From a virus (lineage: Duplodnaviria > Caudoviricetes), in IMG/VR virus record IMGVR_UViG_3300028559_000160, positions 1 through 27,271 of that record: a stretch of 27,271 nt of DNA. One strand, written 5' to 3'. The position numbers and the translations under genes were made by a program. This document shows positions 25,818 to 27,271 of the stretch, piece after piece (the stretch's first letter is position 1; every line of letters starts with the position of its first letter). The notes beneath the pieces were generated by a model. That model ran no database searches. It worked only from the letters and a program-made list of their open reading frames with translations, and was not told the DNA's origin.

Positions 25818-26522
25818 ATGCAAAAGGTTCGTTATCTTGATAAAACAGTAAATGATAACGAGAGAAATTTAGTCTCTGGTTATTGGAAAGAGCAGATAAA
25901 TCATTATGGTACTGAGATAACGTATTACACTAACGGTTACACTCTTTCTACTCACTACTATCTTTACGGGGAGGATACTACAGCAGCTTTTGTGAGCGCA
26001 GGACCTATTGTTATGCTTACTGACATTACAAATGATGCCATTATGTTATCCAAGTTTGGTATTATGGCTGACTGTGATATGACCTGTGTGCTACATATCT
26101 CTTCATTTCAAGAATTTTTTGGACAATATAGAGAGCCAAAAGCTGGAGATCTAATTGAATTGAAAGAGTACGGGGGTTTTGGAGATAGACCCGGCGGTAG
26201 AGGTGCTCCAGTGTATGAGATAACTGAAAGAGATGATCAAAACTTACAATTTAATGCTAACCAACTTATGGGCCATTATATTTGGGTTATGAAGTGTAAG
26301 CGCTGGGAGTACTCATCAGAGCCTGGTGCACCAAAAGAACCTCTTAATGTTCAGTTTAATGATGATGAGGAGTACGGAAGAGAGGCTGGAGGTGCTAACC
26401 CTGAAGAGTTGGTACAGCCTTACGAACAGTCAAACGATAAGACTGCTGAATGTATTATAGATGAAAATGCTACAGATAGATCTGAAATCTATGGCTACTA
26501 CGGCGGATTAAGAGAATTATAA
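25818..26522 (+). CDS. gp14: Neck / head-completion protein gp14-like
   Basis: E.I..YG....Y, LYGED....F, LSKFGI, PKAGDLI, YEI and Y.W..KC..WEYS match T4 gp14-family motifs; adjacent to gp13. Confidence 0.8.
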   Translation: MQKVRYLDKTVNDNERNLVSGYWKEQINHYGTEITYYTNGYTLSTHYYLYGEDTTAAFVSAGPIVMLTDITNDAIMLSKFGIMADCDMTCVLHISSFQEFFGQYREPKAGDLIELKEYGGFGDRPGGRGAPVYEITERDDQNLQFNANQLMGHYIWVMKCKRWEYSSEPGAPKEPLNVQFNDDEEYGREAGGANPEELVQPYEQSNDKTAECIIDENATDRSEIYGYYGGLREL

Positions 26523-26529
26523 TTAAATA
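26523..26529 (+). promoter_or_regulatory. Late-promoter-like TTAAATA
   Basis: In the 13-nt gap between genes, 6 nt before ATG 26536. Confidence 0.65.
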
Positions 26530-26535
26530 ACTGAT

Positions 26536-27271
26536 ATGAACGTACTTCCTCGTTATACCTCTGGGTCAACTAATTTTAACTCTATCATTACGAGTTATGA
26601 TGCACTGGCACAAAGAATTCGCAGACAAATGGGAGAGCCCTTGGTTAACGTTGAAATAGCTAATGAGCAAATCTACGACAACATTGCCCAGGCTATGGAA
26701 TTTTTTACCAAGTATGCAGGGTACACAGAAGAGTTTTTAGTATTTGATTCTAAAAAATATGTAAGAGGTGTTGGGTTAGATGTTGCTACTCTTATTAATC
26801 AAACCCCAGAGATGTATAAGTCTCAAACAGTAGGCCTATCTGCTGGTTATGATTATGATCTTGAGTCATATAGAAGGGTACTTGATTGTTTTTCATTCAC
26901 TTACGGTGAAACCACAGGCATCAATACACTCTTTACGCTAGAACAGGCCATGGCCCAGCAAATCTATTCTTCTTACATGGTAGGTAACTTTGGCTTTGAT
27001 CTCACAACTTGGGAAGTACTTAAAGGCTTTATTGATACTCGTAATAAAGTCTTAGCTATGACTCCGCATTATAGGTTTGATCCTAAGAATCAAAATTTAA
27101 GAATTATACCTGAACCTATTCCTGAACAAACCTACCTGGGTGTAGTTGGTTGTTATATTGAAAGACCCATAAAGGACCTTATTAATGAGAGATGGATCTA
27201 TAGATACTCTTTAGCTCTGTGTAAGATTGTTGTAGGCAACGTAAGAGGTAAATTCTCAGGCACAAATCTCT
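26536..27271 (+). CDS. gp13: Neck protein gp13-like (3' end truncated by the window; missing from the ORF track)
   Basis: Manual translation: MNVLPRYTSGSTNFNSIITSYDALAQRIRRQMGEPLVNVEIANEQIYDNIAQAMEFFTKY...YRFD...NERWIYRYSLALCKIVVGNVRGKFSGTNL. This matches T4 gp13 motifs (R.LG.P.IN.E....QIYD.I..A.E; W...Y..AL.K...G....K..G..L). No stop before the window end. Confidence 0.9.
   Translation, partial: MNVLPRYTSGSTNFNSIITSYDALAQRIRRQMGEPLVNVEIANEQIYDNIAQAMEFFTKYAGYTEEFLVFDSKKYVRGVGLDVATLINQTPEMYKSQTVGLSAGYDYDLESYRRVLDCFSFTYGETTGINTLFTLEQAMAQQIYSSYMVGNFGFDLTTWEVLKGFIDTRNKVLAMTPHYRFDPKNQNLRIIPEPIPEQTYLGVVGCYIERPIKDLINERWIYRYSLALCKIVVGNVRGKFSGTNL

Noticed and set aside
104-26522. All 14 complete genes end in TAA; possible stop-codon reassignment
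   Set aside because: Genes up to 5.9 kb are uninterrupted under the standard code, so neither TAG nor TGA is used as sense here. TAA preference is expected in AT-rich, highly expressed genes.
1-27271. tRNA, CRISPR array, intron/intein, homing endonuclease or transposase
   Set aside because: Intergenic gaps are all under ~85 nt. I saw no cloverleaf, spaced direct repeats, intein terminal motifs or nuclease motifs by eye.

Overview
AT-rich, densely coding window from a large T4-like (contractile-tailed) bacteriophage, covering part of the late/structural region in standard genetic code. Recognisable T4-type genes are baseplate wedge gp25 (699-1196), wedge gp6 (1200-3032), neck gp14-like (25818-26522) and neck gp13-like (26536 to window end; absent from the ORF track). 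Between them lies ~21 kb of large non-canonical baseplate-periphery/adhesin-like genes with PKD, NHL-type propeller, LamG, delta-60 propeller, putative Ig and RCC1-type motifs, followed by an acidic protein and a probable dead nucleotidyltransferase. Most transcription-unit starts are preceded by a T4 late-promoter-like TAAATA, several exactly 6 nt before the ATG, and no start has a Shine-Dalgarno sequence. The most interesting signals are: apparent splitting of a gp7/P2-gpI-like wedge scaffold over three genes, repeated nested domain insertion, a Trp/Cys repeat shared by two proteins, a three-copy helical motif within one chain, a catalytically degenerate Pol-beta-like NTase, and likely leaderless late transcripts. 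All domain calls are by-eye motif recognition; no database search was run. No tRNA, CRISPR array, mobile element or reverse transcriptase was seen.
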